Shown here in pieces: positions 28,264 through 38,437 of a stretch of 64,000 nt of DNA (positions are counted from its first letter, which is position 1; every line of letters begins with the position of its first letter). The DNA lies in contig CBFIBM010000008.1 in the NCBI GenBank assembly GCA_965660855.1, forward strand, positions 1-64,000, written 5' to 3'. The stretch comes from an uncultured bacterium. Lineage in GTDB: Bacteria; Fidelibacterota; Marinisomatia; Marinisomatales; UBA1611. The position numbers and the translations under genes were made by a program. The notes beneath the pieces were generated by a model. That model had not been told where the DNA came from and made no database searches. It saw nothing but the letters and a program-made list of their open reading frames with translations.

Positions 28264-29742
28264 TTAAAAAATTTTATTCTCAAATGTAAGTTTGAAATTT
28301 TTGGCTTCCTTTTTGATGATTTTTTTGTATTTATTAGGACCACTATAAAAGATATGATTTTTGGTTTCAACATTATTATTTGTTAACAATTTTAATTCTT
28401 GTTTCCAATCTGGTAGACCGAATTTTGATTTCCCCCAAATATTATTTATCAAGGTAACATTAGTTTTAGTTTTAGATAAATCAGTGGACATAAACATTAA
28501 CTTTTCTGAAACTTCATGAGCAGATTTATCAATAAAAAATATATTATAAGTGAATATATTAATTTTTTCCTCTCCTTCAATTTCATTTAAAAACTTTGTA
28601 AACCATTCAAAGTATGTCTCATTTTCTATAAGCCAATAAAGACTAATTTTTTTCAAGGTTAAATTGTTTGATTTTTTATCGAAACGCAAAGCTATATCTT
28701 GAAGAATTGGGGCAATTTTTGATATTCCGTGTCCTACACCGATTAAGATAGCATGTTCTGTGTTAAGAATATTTCTACTTGAAGAACCATAGGGTCCATC
28801 AATTTTAAGGTTAAAATGAATGAGTTTATTTTCTTTATATTTTTCGAGAATTAATGAAAACATACTTCTAGTCCAATTATCTATTGACTTAATATGAAGT
28901 ACTAATTCACCATCTTTATTTATACGAATTATGTTAAACGGGTGCCATTCTACAGAGGATATATTTTTACAATTAACATAAATATAATCACCCGGAACAA
29001 ATTCAAAACCTATTGATGGTTTTAAAATTATTTCTAATGTCTCAGATGGTAATAAAAAAGCTGATGTAATTTCAGTACGAATATGATTCTTTTTCCTATT
29101 CAGAAGAATATTATAATAAGATATCATCTTAGGAATTAAAATTGATTGAAAGAATCCTATTTCCTGAACTTGAATTTCTTTATTTTTTTTGTTTTTATTT
29201 AAATTTTCTGAGGCAGAAAGTCCATTATTAGATGTAAGCCATTTTATTGGATTTACAGCAAACCCCTCCATAAAATCAGGAAAATCTTTAGCGATAATTA
29301 AAAATTCATTAAAATCAATTTTATCATTTTTATCTATATCTGCCTTAAAGAAAATTTCATCAACAAGTAAAGAAAGTTGAAAATCATCAAAATCAAGATT
29401 ATTCTGAATAAAACTTTGAACTATCAAAATTTTCAATTCTTTCTTATCTATAAATCCACTATTATCCAAATCATGTAAATTAAATGCAAATTTGATTTTG
29501 TCTTTTTTACTACCAAGAATAATTGTTTCAATTGTAGATAAAAATTCATGATGATCAATCCTTCCATTTTTATCCTTATCAAATAGGTCAAATAGTCTAT
29601 CTGACAAACTCCTATTTGATACTTCGAGTCCATCAAAAAACTCTTGCTTATCAATCAATTGATCTTCGCCAGAAAGTGATCGAAACTTATTCTTTAATTG
29701 TACAAGAAAAGGACCAGTAAGTTTATTTGATGTATTTAACAA
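28264..29742 (-). CDS. NOX5-like EF-hand plus FAD/NAD(P)-binding protein lacking the ferric-reductase membrane domain
   Basis: EF loops SGEDQLIDKQEF, DKDKNGRIDHHE, DLDNSGFIDKKE, DIDKNDKIDFNE; PGDYIY, EWHPF, IDGPYG, LIGVGHGI, FEWF, GLPDW; only about 50 aa between the modules. Confidence 0.88.
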   Translation of the reverse strand: MLNTSNKLTGPFLVQLKNKFRSLSGEDQLIDKQEFFDGLEVSNRSLSDRLFDLFDKDKNGRIDHHEFLSTIETIILGSKKDKIKFAFNLHDLDNSGFIDKKELKILIVQSFIQNNLDFDDFQLSLLVDEIFFKADIDKNDKIDFNEFLIIAKDFPDFMEGFAVNPIKWLTSNNGLSASENLNKNKKNKEIQVQEIGFFQSILIPKMISYYNILLNRKKNHIRTEITSAFLLPSETLEIILKPSIGFEFVPGDYIYVNCKNISSVEWHPFNIIRINKDGELVLHIKSIDNWTRSMFSLILEKYKENKLIHFNLKIDGPYGSSSRNILNTEHAILIGVGHGISKIAPILQDIALRFDKKSNNLTLKKISLYWLIENETYFEWFTKFLNEIEGEEKINIFTYNIFFIDKSAHEVSEKLMFMSTDLSKTKTNVTLINNIWGKSKFGLPDWKQELKLLTNNNVETKNHIFYSGPNKYKKIIKKEAKNFKLTFENKIF

Positions 29743-29832
29743 TTATTTTTTCAGTATTATGATTCTATATACTAGGTTAATTTATCTTATATACTTTAAT
29801 CATTAATAGAACTTTTTAAAAACGATTTATAC

Positions 29833-30786
29833 ATGATATATAATACAATTCTAGAGACAATTGGAAATACACCAGTTATTAAAATAAATAATATTTCAAA
29901 AGAAATTGAATGTGATATTTACGTTAAATGTGAATTTTTCAACCCTGCCGGTTCTATCAAAGATCGTATCGGTTACAGAATGGTTATTGATGCGCAAAAA
30001 TCTGGGAGGATTAAACCTGGAGATACCCTTATAGAACCCACTTCTGGTAATACCGGACAAGGCATAGCCTTAGCATGTGCTGTTCTGGGATATAAATGTA
30101 TCATAACTATGCCAGAAAAAATGAGTCAAGAGAAGCAAATAGCCCTTGAAGCATTAGGAGCAGAAATAATAAGAACTCCAACTGAAGCAGCATTTGATGA
30201 CCCTGAAAGCCATATACAAGTCGCTCAAAAGCTTCAAAAAAAAATTAAAAATTCTCATATTCTTGATCAATATGCTAACCCATCAAACCCTAAAGCGCAT
30301 TACGAAGGGACTGCTGAAGAAATCATTGAAGACTTTGGAGAAAATTTAGATATGGTTGTAATGGGTGTTGGTACCGGTGGAACAATTACAGGTGTTGCAA
30401 AACGTTTAAAAGAATTTTACTCTGATATTAGAATTATAGGAGCAGACCCTGTTGGTTCTATTTTAGGAGGAGGAAAAAAGGTTTCATCTTATTTAGTTGA
30501 AGGTATTGGTTATGATTTTTTTCCAGATGTTTTAGACAATAACCTAATCGATCAGTACATTAAGACAGAGGATGAAGAAGCATTTAAAATGTCTAGAAGA
30601 CTAATAAAAGAAGAGGGGTTACTCTGCGGTGGTTCTTGTGGGTCAGCAATGATAGCAGCTTTAAAAGCTGCAAAAGGCCTAACACAAAATCAAAAAGTCC
30701 TGGTTATTTTACCTGATAGTATCAGAAATTATATGACCAAATTTCCTAATGATAGTTGGATGATTGAAAATGGATTTGAAGTATAA
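29833..30786 (+). CDS. cbs: Cystathionine beta-synthase catalytic core (PLP-dependent)
   Basis: [60 protein letters not shown]. Confidence 0.88.
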   Translation: MIYNTILETIGNTPVIKINNISKEIECDIYVKCEFFNPAGSIKDRIGYRMVIDAQKSGRIKPGDTLIEPTSGNTGQGIALACAVLGYKCIITMPEKMSQEKQIALEALGAEIIRTPTEAAFDDPESHIQVAQKLQKKIKNSHILDQYANPSNPKAHYEGTAEEIIEDFGENLDMVVMGVGTGGTITGVAKRLKEFYSDIRIIGADPVGSILGGGKKVSSYLVEGIGYDFFPDVLDNNLIDQYIKTEDEEAFKMSRRLIKEEGLLCGGSCGSAMIAALKAAKGLTQNQKVLVILPDSIRNYMTKFPNDSWMIENGFEV

Positions 30787-31291
30787 AATATTCTACTTTA
30801 TATTAGTTCAATCTTTAGTTTGGGGAAACTCAAATGATAACAAAAGAGGTTTTATTGTAGACATTGGTGATCCTGCTCCTGATTTTTCTATGTTACTTAC
30901 AACAGGAGAAACCTTAAAATTATCTGAATTCAAAGGTTCTACAGTTATACTACAGTTTACAGCTAGCTGGTGCTCTGTTTGTAGATTAGAGATGCCACAC
31001 CTTGAAAAAGATATTTGGAAAAAGTATAAAGATAAAAATTTACTCTTAATTGGTATTGATAGAGATGAACCACTTGAAACAGTAATTAACTTTAAAAAAG
31101 AAATGAAGACAACATATCCTATTGCATTAGACCCTGGAGGTAAAATATTTAGCTTATTTGCTGAGAGAAATTCTGGTGTTACACGAAATATTGTAATTAA
31201 TCAGTCTGGAGAAATTGTCTTTCTCACTAGATTATTTGAAGAAAATGAGTACAAACAAATGTTAAAAGTTATTGAAAGTCTAGTTAATTAA
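30770..31291 (+). CDS. Exported TlpA/ResA-like thiol-disulfide oxidoreductase
   Basis: Signal peptide, [29 protein letters not shown]. Confidence 0.9.
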   Translation: MDLKYKIFYFILVQSLVWGNSNDNKRGFIVDIGDPAPDFSMLLTTGETLKLSEFKGSTVILQFTASWCSVCRLEMPHLEKDIWKKYKDKNLLLIGIDRDEPLETVINFKKEMKTTYPIALDPGGKIFSLFAERNSGVTRNIVINQSGEIVFLTRLFEENEYKQMLKVIESLVN

Positions 31292-31295
31292 TGTA

Positions 31296-31862
31296 CTACT
31301 CTGGTTTTGCTACACTTGAACCTGACTTCATTTTACTAATTGCTTGATCTAATGAATCAAATGCTTGCCTTGCTTTGAATTCATTAAAAAGTGCCTCTTC
31401 TTTTTTCGCCTCAAACTTCGCACTCTCTTTGGCGATTTCCCTCGCTTTGTTTGCATCATAGGTAACCATAACAAAAACTCTATCTTTGAAAACCTCAGTT
31501 TTTTCTATGTTACATCCTTTTAGTGTCGTATTTACTAGAGATTTTGAAACAGACTCTGTGAATTCTGTGGCGCTAGCACTAGCTCCCATTCCAGAAGACT
31601 GCATGTGATCATTTAAAGCTGAAGTTATCGATGTTTCAACAGCTCTTGCAACTTCAACTCTTGCTCTCTCAGTTGCAACCTGCTTTGATAAACTGAATTG
31701 AGGTCTAAGTGCATCGCCAACACCAACAAAACGATCCTCAAATTTTGGAGGATTCAAATACCATGAAGGAAGATCTTTGTTCGTTAGTGGTTTTTGATTA
31801 GAACCTGCGCATGCAAAGAAGATAAATGTTACAATTGTTGAGAAAAAAATATTTTTATACAT
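31296..31862 (-). CDS. LPP20-family lipoprotein
   Basis: FFAC lipobox, LPSWYLNPP, GVGDA, ATERARVEVA. Confidence 0.75.
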   Translation of the reverse strand: MYKNIFFSTIVTFIFFACAGSNQKPLTNKDLPSWYLNPPKFEDRFVGVGDALRPQFSLSKQVATERARVEVARAVETSITSALNDHMQSSGMGASASATEFTESVSKSLVNTTLKGCNIEKTEVFKDRVFVMVTYDANKAREIAKESAKFEAKKEEALFNEFKARQAFDSLDQAISKMKSGSSVAKPE

Positions 31863-32086
31863 AATGTCTTCCTAGAAATTTTATAATTAAATATAACAAC
31901 ATAGAATTCAACTAAATAGGAATTATTTTATTTCAAATATTTTACGGTTACATTAAAGGTCTTTATATTTTTTGATCGATTCGTTAAAATATTTTAACAT
32001 TTCAGAACTATCTTCGATCTTTGACTCTAATACATCGTTTTGGAAAATAAGATTATTGATATTACAATCAATTGTGTAAAAATTAG

Positions 32087-33379
32087 CTAGACTACTTTTC
32101 CAATTAATTCATACTCATTAACTCGTTCAACTTTTACTTTAACAAAAGATCCTTTTTCCTGATATCCTTTAATATGTACAATGTTGTCAATTTCAGGTGA
32201 ATCAAATTCTGTTCTACCTATACTAACGTTTTCACTAGCCTCATCCACTAAAACATTAATTATTTTGCCTATAAAAGATTCGTTTTTCTCAAGACTTATA
32301 TCATGCTGTATATCGAGAATTTGATTTTTTCTATAATCTTTTAATTCTCTTGGGATATCATCACTTAAATTTTCAGCAGATGTTCCTTCCTCCTCTGAAT
32401 ATGTAAAAACACCCAATCTATCAAATTCTATTTCTCTAATAAAGTCTGATAAAGATTCAAAATCTTCTTCGGTTTCACCAGGATAACCAACAATTAATGT
32501 AGTACGCAGTGCAATACCTGGAATCGCTTTACGCAACCGACTAATACGATTCCTTATTCCATCTTGACCCAAACCACGTTTCATTGATTTTAAAATATTA
32601 TCTGAAGCATGTTGTATTGGCATATCTAAATAATTACATACTTTTTCAGATTCAGCTAAAGAATCTATTATTCTTTGTGAAAGATGGGCTGGGTGGGCAT
32701 AATGAATTCTAATCCATTCTAATTCGTTAATGGTATTTAATTCTTTGATAAGATTATTTAAATATACTTTTCCAGGAAGGTCATATCCATATGAAGTAGT
32801 ATCTTGTGCAATTACTAACAGTTCTTTGGTACCATTCATTACAAGCCTTTCGGCTTCTTCCATAATCGCAGGAATGGATCTGCTCTTCTGTAATCCTCGC
32901 ATTAATGGGATACTACAAAAAGAACAAGCATTATCACAACCCTCTGCAATTTTTATATAAGCATAATGGTTAGGTGTCATGAGAGATCTAAAGAAAAGAG
33001 GATCATCTTTTGCATAATCTTTTCCAGTTAGAAAACTTACTATTTGCTTATGATCGTTACTTCCAAATATTCGATCTACTTCAGGTATTTCATTTTTTAA
33101 TTCATCTGGATATCGTTCTGAAAGGCAGCCCATTACTACCAATTCCTTTAAAGCTCCCTCTTTTTTCATTTGTGCAGCTTGAAGAATTGTATCTACCGAT
33201 TCTTCTCTTGCTATATCTAAAAACCCACAAGTATTAACAATTATTGTTTCTGCTTCTTCAATATTATCAGTAATAGAAATATTTGTTTTTTTTAATCCAC
33301 CTAATAATATTTCAGAATCAACTAAATTTTTTGCACACCCTAAACTTATCAAGTTCAATTTCTTATTATTTTCAATCAT
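32087..33379 (-). CDS. rimO: Ribosomal protein S12 methylthiotransferase
   Basis: SLGCAKNLVDSE, VNTCGF, KIAEGCDNACSFCSIP, GRTEFDSPEID. Confidence 0.97.
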   Translation of the reverse strand: MIENNKKLNLISLGCAKNLVDSEILLGGLKKTNISITDNIEEAETIIVNTCGFLDIAREESVDTILQAAQMKKEGALKELVVMGCLSERYPDELKNEIPEVDRIFGSNDHKQIVSFLTGKDYAKDDPLFFRSLMTPNHYAYIKIAEGCDNACSFCSIPLMRGLQKSRSIPAIMEEAERLVMNGTKELLVIAQDTTSYGYDLPGKVYLNNLIKELNTINELEWIRIHYAHPAHLSQRIIDSLAESEKVCNYLDMPIQHASDNILKSMKRGLGQDGIRNRISRLRKAIPGIALRTTLIVGYPGETEEDFESLSDFIREIEFDRLGVFTYSEEEGTSAENLSDDIPRELKDYRKNQILDIQHDISLEKNESFIGKIINVLVDEASENVSIGRTEFDSPEIDNIVHIKGYQEKGSFVKVKVERVNEYELIGKVV

Positions 33380-34275
33380 GAATCCTCTTCATTTAAAACT
33401 CCTAAAAGACTATCAATATAGATAGTTGGATCAAAAGCTTCTAAATCGTTCAGTGTTTCTCCTGTACCAATATATTTTATAGGAATACCAGTCTCTATGA
33501 AAAGAGGAAACAAAATTCCTCCCTTTGCAGTACCATCTAATTTTGTAAGAACCGCACCATCAATCTTACAATATTTATTAAACTCTTTTGCTTGTACCAA
33601 TGAATTTTGTCCTAAACCAGCATCTAAACTTATCAAAGTATTTACATTAAATTCAGTAAAACGTTTTTCAATTAATGTATACATTTTTTTTAACTCTAGC
33701 ATAAGATTATCGCTTGTATGAAGCCTTCCTGCCGTATCCACTATCACAATATCAAAATTATTTGAAGAAGCTGACTGAAGTCCATCAAATAAAACAGAAC
33801 TAGGTTCAGAAGTGTTATTATTATAAATAATTTTACAATTAATTCTTTCACTCCATACTTTTAATTGTTCTACAGCAGCAGCACGATATGTATCACAAGC
33901 AATTAACAGTACTTTTTTTCCTGATTCTTTATATTTGTAAGCAATTTTTGCCGCTGATGTTGTTTTTCCTGCACCATTTATTCCAATGAGCATAATTATT
34001 TTAGGTATGCTACCTTCTACAACTTGTTGCTTCATTTGGAGGATGGTATAAAGATAATTTTTGACATCTAGTATTATATCATTGGAGTTATTTTTTTTAA
34101 TAACATTTATTACATTTTCTACTGTATCAAATCCCATATCTGTTTCTAATAGTTGCTCTTCAAGGTCTTCTAAAACATCTTCATTGATACCTTTATTTAA
34201 TAAGTTGTAAAATGTATAATTAAACTTATTTCGAGTTTTATTTAAAGCATTAAATAGTTTATTTAGCATGAGCAT
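33376..34275 (-). CDS. ftsY: SRP receptor FtsY (NG domain, no long acidic domain)
   Basis: GINGAGKTT, DTYRAAAVEQL, DTAGRLH, TKLDGTAKGG, IGTGE. Confidence 0.96.
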   Translation of the reverse strand: MLMLNKLFNALNKTRNKFNYTFYNLLNKGINEDVLEDLEEQLLETDMGFDTVENVINVIKKNNSNDIILDVKNYLYTILQMKQQVVEGSIPKIIMLIGINGAGKTTSAAKIAYKYKESGKKVLLIACDTYRAAAVEQLKVWSERINCKIIYNNNTSEPSSVLFDGLQSASSNNFDIVIVDTAGRLHTSDNLMLELKKMYTLIEKRFTEFNVNTLISLDAGLGQNSLVQAKEFNKYCKIDGAVLTKLDGTAKGGILFPLFIETGIPIKYIGTGETLNDLEAFDPTIYIDSLLGVLNEEDS

Positions 34276-34852
34276 CTCTTATAGAATTAATAAATTCTTT
34301 TAAGTATAAATAAAAACTAACTGTTAGTAAAATAAATGCAACATAAATAGAGGTCATTTTCAACCAAGGTAAAGCTGTAAACTCGAAAATATGAAGAAAG
34401 ATTCCTAATGCAGTAATGTTAACGGACCATTTTCCCCACCAATTTGAATGAAGAATCATGTATTCATAATTCATACAATATATAGCAAAGCCTGCGATAA
34501 TTACATGCCTGCCTAAATAATAATAAAAAAACCATAATGGAAATTTATTTATTCCAACTAAATAAACTAATACTGAAATAATAACTATAAAATCAGCAGC
34601 AGGATCAATCCACTTCCCAAAATGTGTCACTGCTTTTGCTTTTCTTGCGAAATAGCCATCTAAAGCATCTGAAAGTGCCGCCAAAAGAATGAGAATACCA
34701 GTTATCCAATTCCACTCTGGATTAGCCATGCTGTAAATGATTGGAATAGCTGAAAGAGCTCTAAGAATACTGATAAAATTAGCCAGAGTAATAATCCTAC
34801 TGGGATCCGTAATTTTATTGGTATTCTGATTATTTTTGATAATTGAATCCAA
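34259..34852 (-). CDS. CDP-alcohol phosphatidyltransferase (second PgsA-like enzyme)
   Basis: TLANFISILR, SDALDGYFAR..GKWIDPAAD. Confidence 0.9.
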   Translation of the reverse strand: MDSIIKNNQNTNKITDPSRIITLANFISILRALSAIPIIYSMANPEWNWITGILILLAALSDALDGYFARKAKAVTHFGKWIDPAADFIVIISVLVYLVGINKFPLWFFYYYLGRHVIIAGFAIYCMNYEYMILHSNWWGKWSVNITALGIFLHIFEFTALPWLKMTSIYVAFILLTVSFYLYLKEFINSIRDAHAK

Positions 34853-34855
34853 GAT

Positions 34856-36151
34856 TTAACTCTGAATGGCTAATGTATCAAAATCTATAACTTTATCACA
34901 AAGTGATCCAGAAAACTTTTTATCATGGGATACAATTATAAAATGTTTATTTATCATAGATTCCTTTAGATAGGATCTTAGTAAGACTCTTTGATTCCAT
35001 CCTAACCCAAAACTTGGCTCATCTAATATCAATACTTGAAATGAACAATGAGTTAGAATTACTATTAATGTTATGCGTAAAGTAACCCATGACATTTGTA
35101 GACTATTAAAAAATTTTATATCATGCCATTTTATATTGAAGATCAAAAGTTTCTTTTTAATGGAATTAATTTGATTTGGTTTAAGTAACTTTAAATTTTC
35201 TAACTTTTTTAGAAAGTTACCAAGTTTAGTTAATAATAATAAATTTTCTGGAAATTGATCAAGATATCCCACTTTTAAATTTGAATTTTCACCTATTAAG
35301 AAATGTAAACTACCTTTTGAGGGTTTTAAATCACCAAAGCATAATCCAGCTAAGGTGGTTTTACCTGAGCCATTATTTCCTAAAAGACCTAAACATCTTG
35401 TATTTATAATATTTATAGAAAAGTCGTTAAATATTACTTTTCCATTTCTATAATTAAATTTTAGGCTATCAATTTTAAGTGTTAAGTATCCTTTGGGATT
35501 TAAAAGTGCATTATGGTTCTTAGCTTTATATTTTCTGACATTTTTCAAAGATTTTGTACTTAAAATCCATTTACTTTCACATTTAAATTTTAAATCTTCA
35601 TAATCTGATGTACACCAAATAATTATTCCATTATTTTTTATAGTCCATTCTTTTAATAAAGTTATGGATCGTATTTTATTCTCCTCAGATAAAAAAGATA
35701 GACCATCATCAATCATTAATATTTTTTTTTCTAATTGAGTTGCCGTAATAATATTAAGTAATTCTTTTTCTCCACCTGATAAAAAACCAGGATTCATTTG
35801 TTTATCTATGGGCCCTGAAAAATTATTTAAACCTTTATAAACAAATTCATCAATCTCTTGATGAGTTTTCTGCAGGCATTCGCCATTAAAGGCTAATTCA
35901 CTTTGTACAGTCCTGCATACCAATTGAGTATCAGGGTTTTGATTAATAATAAATATATCTTCAAAATTTAATTGACTTTCTATATTAAAATTACTTCTAT
36001 GACTAGATGTTTTTTCAAAAAAAGATTTTAAAAAGTAGCTTTTCCCAACTCCACTTTCACCGTATACAATATGTAGACCTGGAGAAAAAATCATTTTTTT
36101 CTTATCATGTAAATACTTATCAAAAGTAATTGAAAATTTTAAATCATTCAT
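34856..36151 (-). CDS. Tandem double-NBD ABC ATPase (ECF/CbiO-like), partly degenerate
   Basis: GESGVGKS, QNPDTQ, LSGGEK; GNNGSGKT, QFPE, LILDEPSFGL, VSHD. Confidence 0.85.
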   Translation of the reverse strand: MNDLKFSITFDKYLHDKKKMIFSPGLHIVYGESGVGKSYFLKSFFEKTSSHRSNFNIESQLNFEDIFIINQNPDTQLVCRTVQSELAFNGECLQKTHQEIDEFVYKGLNNFSGPIDKQMNPGFLSGGEKELLNIITATQLEKKILMIDDGLSFLSEENKIRSITLLKEWTIKNNGIIIWCTSDYEDLKFKCESKWILSTKSLKNVRKYKAKNHNALLNPKGYLTLKIDSLKFNYRNGKVIFNDFSINIINTRCLGLLGNNGSGKTTLAGLCFGDLKPSKGSLHFLIGENSNLKVGYLDQFPENLLLLTKLGNFLKKLENLKLLKPNQINSIKKKLLIFNIKWHDIKFFNSLQMSWVTLRITLIVILTHCSFQVLILDEPSFGLGWNQRVLLRSYLKESMINKHFIIVSHDKKFSGSLCDKVIDFDTLAIQS

Positions 36152-37427
36152 TAGTTAAATCTTTAATTATTCTATTTGTTGCACCTAAATTTGCTTCAAT
36201 AGTTCTTTTTGAAGTTTTACTTTTCTGATATAATTTTTCTTTATCTTCAATTAGTTCCTCTAAAAAAAAAGAAAATTCAATAGAGTTGTTTATTGAGACC
36301 GCACCTCCATTTTTTAATAATTCTTCTGCCTCTGGAGAGTTATTATACTTAGGACCTATTATAATTGGTAAACTAGCTATGGATGGTTCCATAATATTAT
36401 GTATCCCTGTAGAAAACCCTCCTCCAACATAGGCTATTTTTGCTATCCAATAGAGTTTTGCAAGTAAACCTACTGATGATATAAGATAAGTTTTATTTTC
36501 TGGAAAGCTCAGATTTCCATCTGATATAATTTTAACATCTTTATTACTTCTGTTAAACATCAGTTTTATTTTATTATTTTTTTTCTTAATTGGATCATGT
36601 GGGACATATATGATTTTCCAATTTGGAAATTTATTATGGGTTTTTATTAATCCAGGAATAACAATTTCATCGTCTTTGTCATGAGTACTTGCAATTATTA
36701 TTATATTTTCTCTTTTAAGAATTTTCAATTTTTGAACATCCTCACTTGTATTCTGAAACTCATCATATACATAGTCAACTCTTGGATTTCCAGAAACCAA
36801 AACTTTTGTGTTATGCCCATTTAACCCTAAAATAATTTCAAGGTTTTTTTTATCTCTTTCAGTTACAACATGTATAAAGTCTAGATTTTTGTATATAGTT
36901 TTATAAAAAGACTTGATTATTTGGTTAAGCTTATTTGAATTATCATCAATAACTAATGAAGTAAGAGTGGTTTCAATATTTCTAAATTTTGCTAAAAATA
37001 AAAAATTAAACCATATGTCGTAAGATGAAAAAACAATTTTTTTTGGTTTTATAATATTTAGAGTTTTACCAATTATCCATATAAAATCAAAAGGAAGATA
37101 GAACTTTAAATCAAATAAATTATCTCTTGCGTTATTATAACCTGATGAAGATGTAAAGCTAACAACTATTTTGATACGTGAATTAATCTCTCTTAACGAC
37201 TTAAGAACAGAGGTAATTTGAAAATATTCACCTAAACTGGATACATGAAACCAATATATATCATTTCCTCTATTAAACAAATTTGAATTAGTTCTTATTA
37301 CTGATAGTGATTTAAACTTTCCTAAAATACTTTCTCTTACTTTTAAACTAAATAGAGAAAAAATCATTGCTGTAAGAAATAGAAATGGATAAAAAATATT
37401 ATATAAGAACAACCAAAAATAAAACAT
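36144..37427 (-). CDS. waaA: Kdo transferase
   Basis: WFHVSSLGE, YLPFD, AYVGGGF..GIHNIMEP, IGP. Confidence 0.92.
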   Translation of the reverse strand: MFYFWLFLYNIFYPFLFLTAMIFSLFSLKVRESILGKFKSLSVIRTNSNLFNRGNDIYWFHVSSLGEYFQITSVLKSLREINSRIKIVVSFTSSSGYNNARDNLFDLKFYLPFDFIWIIGKTLNIIKPKKIVFSSYDIWFNFLFLAKFRNIETTLTSLVIDDNSNKLNQIIKSFYKTIYKNLDFIHVVTERDKKNLEIILGLNGHNTKVLVSGNPRVDYVYDEFQNTSEDVQKLKILKRENIIIIASTHDKDDEIVIPGLIKTHNKFPNWKIIYVPHDPIKKKNNKIKLMFNRSNKDVKIISDGNLSFPENKTYLISSVGLLAKLYWIAKIAYVGGGFSTGIHNIMEPSIASLPIIIGPKYNNSPEAEELLKNGGAVSINNSIEFSFFLEELIEDKEKLYQKSKTSKRTIEANLGATNRIIKDLTNE

Positions 37428-37430
37428 ATG

Positions 37431-38432
37431 TTATAATTTAGGTATACTGTTCAAAACATCTTCAGGATTTATTAAATCCATACAATACTGCTTTTTACGA
37501 TAACATCTAGCACTTCCATTTTGAGAACAAGGTCGACACCAAATATCTTTTTCAATATTAATTGAACTATCTAAGTTTACTCCCGCTCCGGTCTCCCTTG
37601 AAGTAGGACCTAATATCATTGTCACAGGTTTTCCAATTGCCTCTGCTGCATGAGTTAAACCAGTATCGCTACCTATTACATACTTTGATAATGATAAAAT
37701 AGATAGTGCTTCGCGAAGTGATGTTTTCCCAGCAAAGTTATGAATTTTTTCTTTTGACTGTTCTTCTATATCAAAACAGATATTATCTTTTTTAGTTCCA
37801 ATTAAGACTACATCAAAATTAATTTTTTCAATTAATTTAATATAATACTTTAGTCTCCACTGCTTTTGCTTCCAAGCAGCCCCAGGGATAATAGTAATAA
37901 ATTCATTATTAACTAATTTGTTTCTCAATAGTGTTTTTGTTTGTTCTAGTTCTGATTTAGTTACTTTAAGATATGGTTTAGGTATTTTTTGAACTGGAAT
38001 AGAATTTATACTTATACAGTCATGATACATTTTCAATGTTGAAAATTCTTTATCAAATGTGTTTATGAAAAAGTTGAATAATAAAAATCTTTTAAATCGT
38101 GGTTTATGTAAACGAAATATTTTTGACTTATTACCAAATAATATTACTCTAGACCTCAGTGAATTATGTAAATCAAAAATTATATCATAGTTTTTTTTTA
38201 TTAAATAGTTTTTAAAATGAAACAATTTATTCAGAGTGTCTGTTTTTGATATTGAAAGAATAGCATCAATGTCCGGATGAAACTCTAAAAGTGGTTTAAA
38301 TACATCCAATGTTAAAAACGTTATCTGTGCATTTGGATATGAAATCCTAATTGTTTTCAAAGGCGAAGTCGAAAGAATAATATCACCGATAGAGCTAAAT
38401 CGGATGATCAGAATTTTCTGATCATATTTCAT
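37431..38432 (-). CDS. waaF: GT9 LPS heptosyltransferase (WaaF-like)
   Basis: IIRFSSIGDI, PGAAWKQKQW, GKTSL, DTGLTHAAEA, GPT, CRPC. Confidence 0.85.
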   Translation of the reverse strand: MKYDQKILIIRFSSIGDIILSTSPLKTIRISYPNAQITFLTLDVFKPLLEFHPDIDAILSISKTDTLNKLFHFKNYLIKKNYDIIFDLHNSLRSRVILFGNKSKIFRLHKPRFKRFLLFNFFINTFDKEFSTLKMYHDCISINSIPVQKIPKPYLKVTKSELEQTKTLLRNKLVNNEFITIIPGAAWKQKQWRLKYYIKLIEKINFDVVLIGTKKDNICFDIEEQSKEKIHNFAGKTSLREALSILSLSKYVIGSDTGLTHAAEAIGKPVTMILGPTSRETGAGVNLDSSINIEKDIWCRPCSQNGSARCYRKKQYCMDLINPEDVLNSIPKL

Positions 38433-38437
38433 TTTAT

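Noticed and set aside
31953..32108. 52-codon open minus frame after rimO (INWKSSLANFYTIDCNINN...KYKDL)
   Set aside because: No ATG/GTG/TTG near its 5' end, no SD and no recognisable motif; it may be a remnant but cannot be supported.
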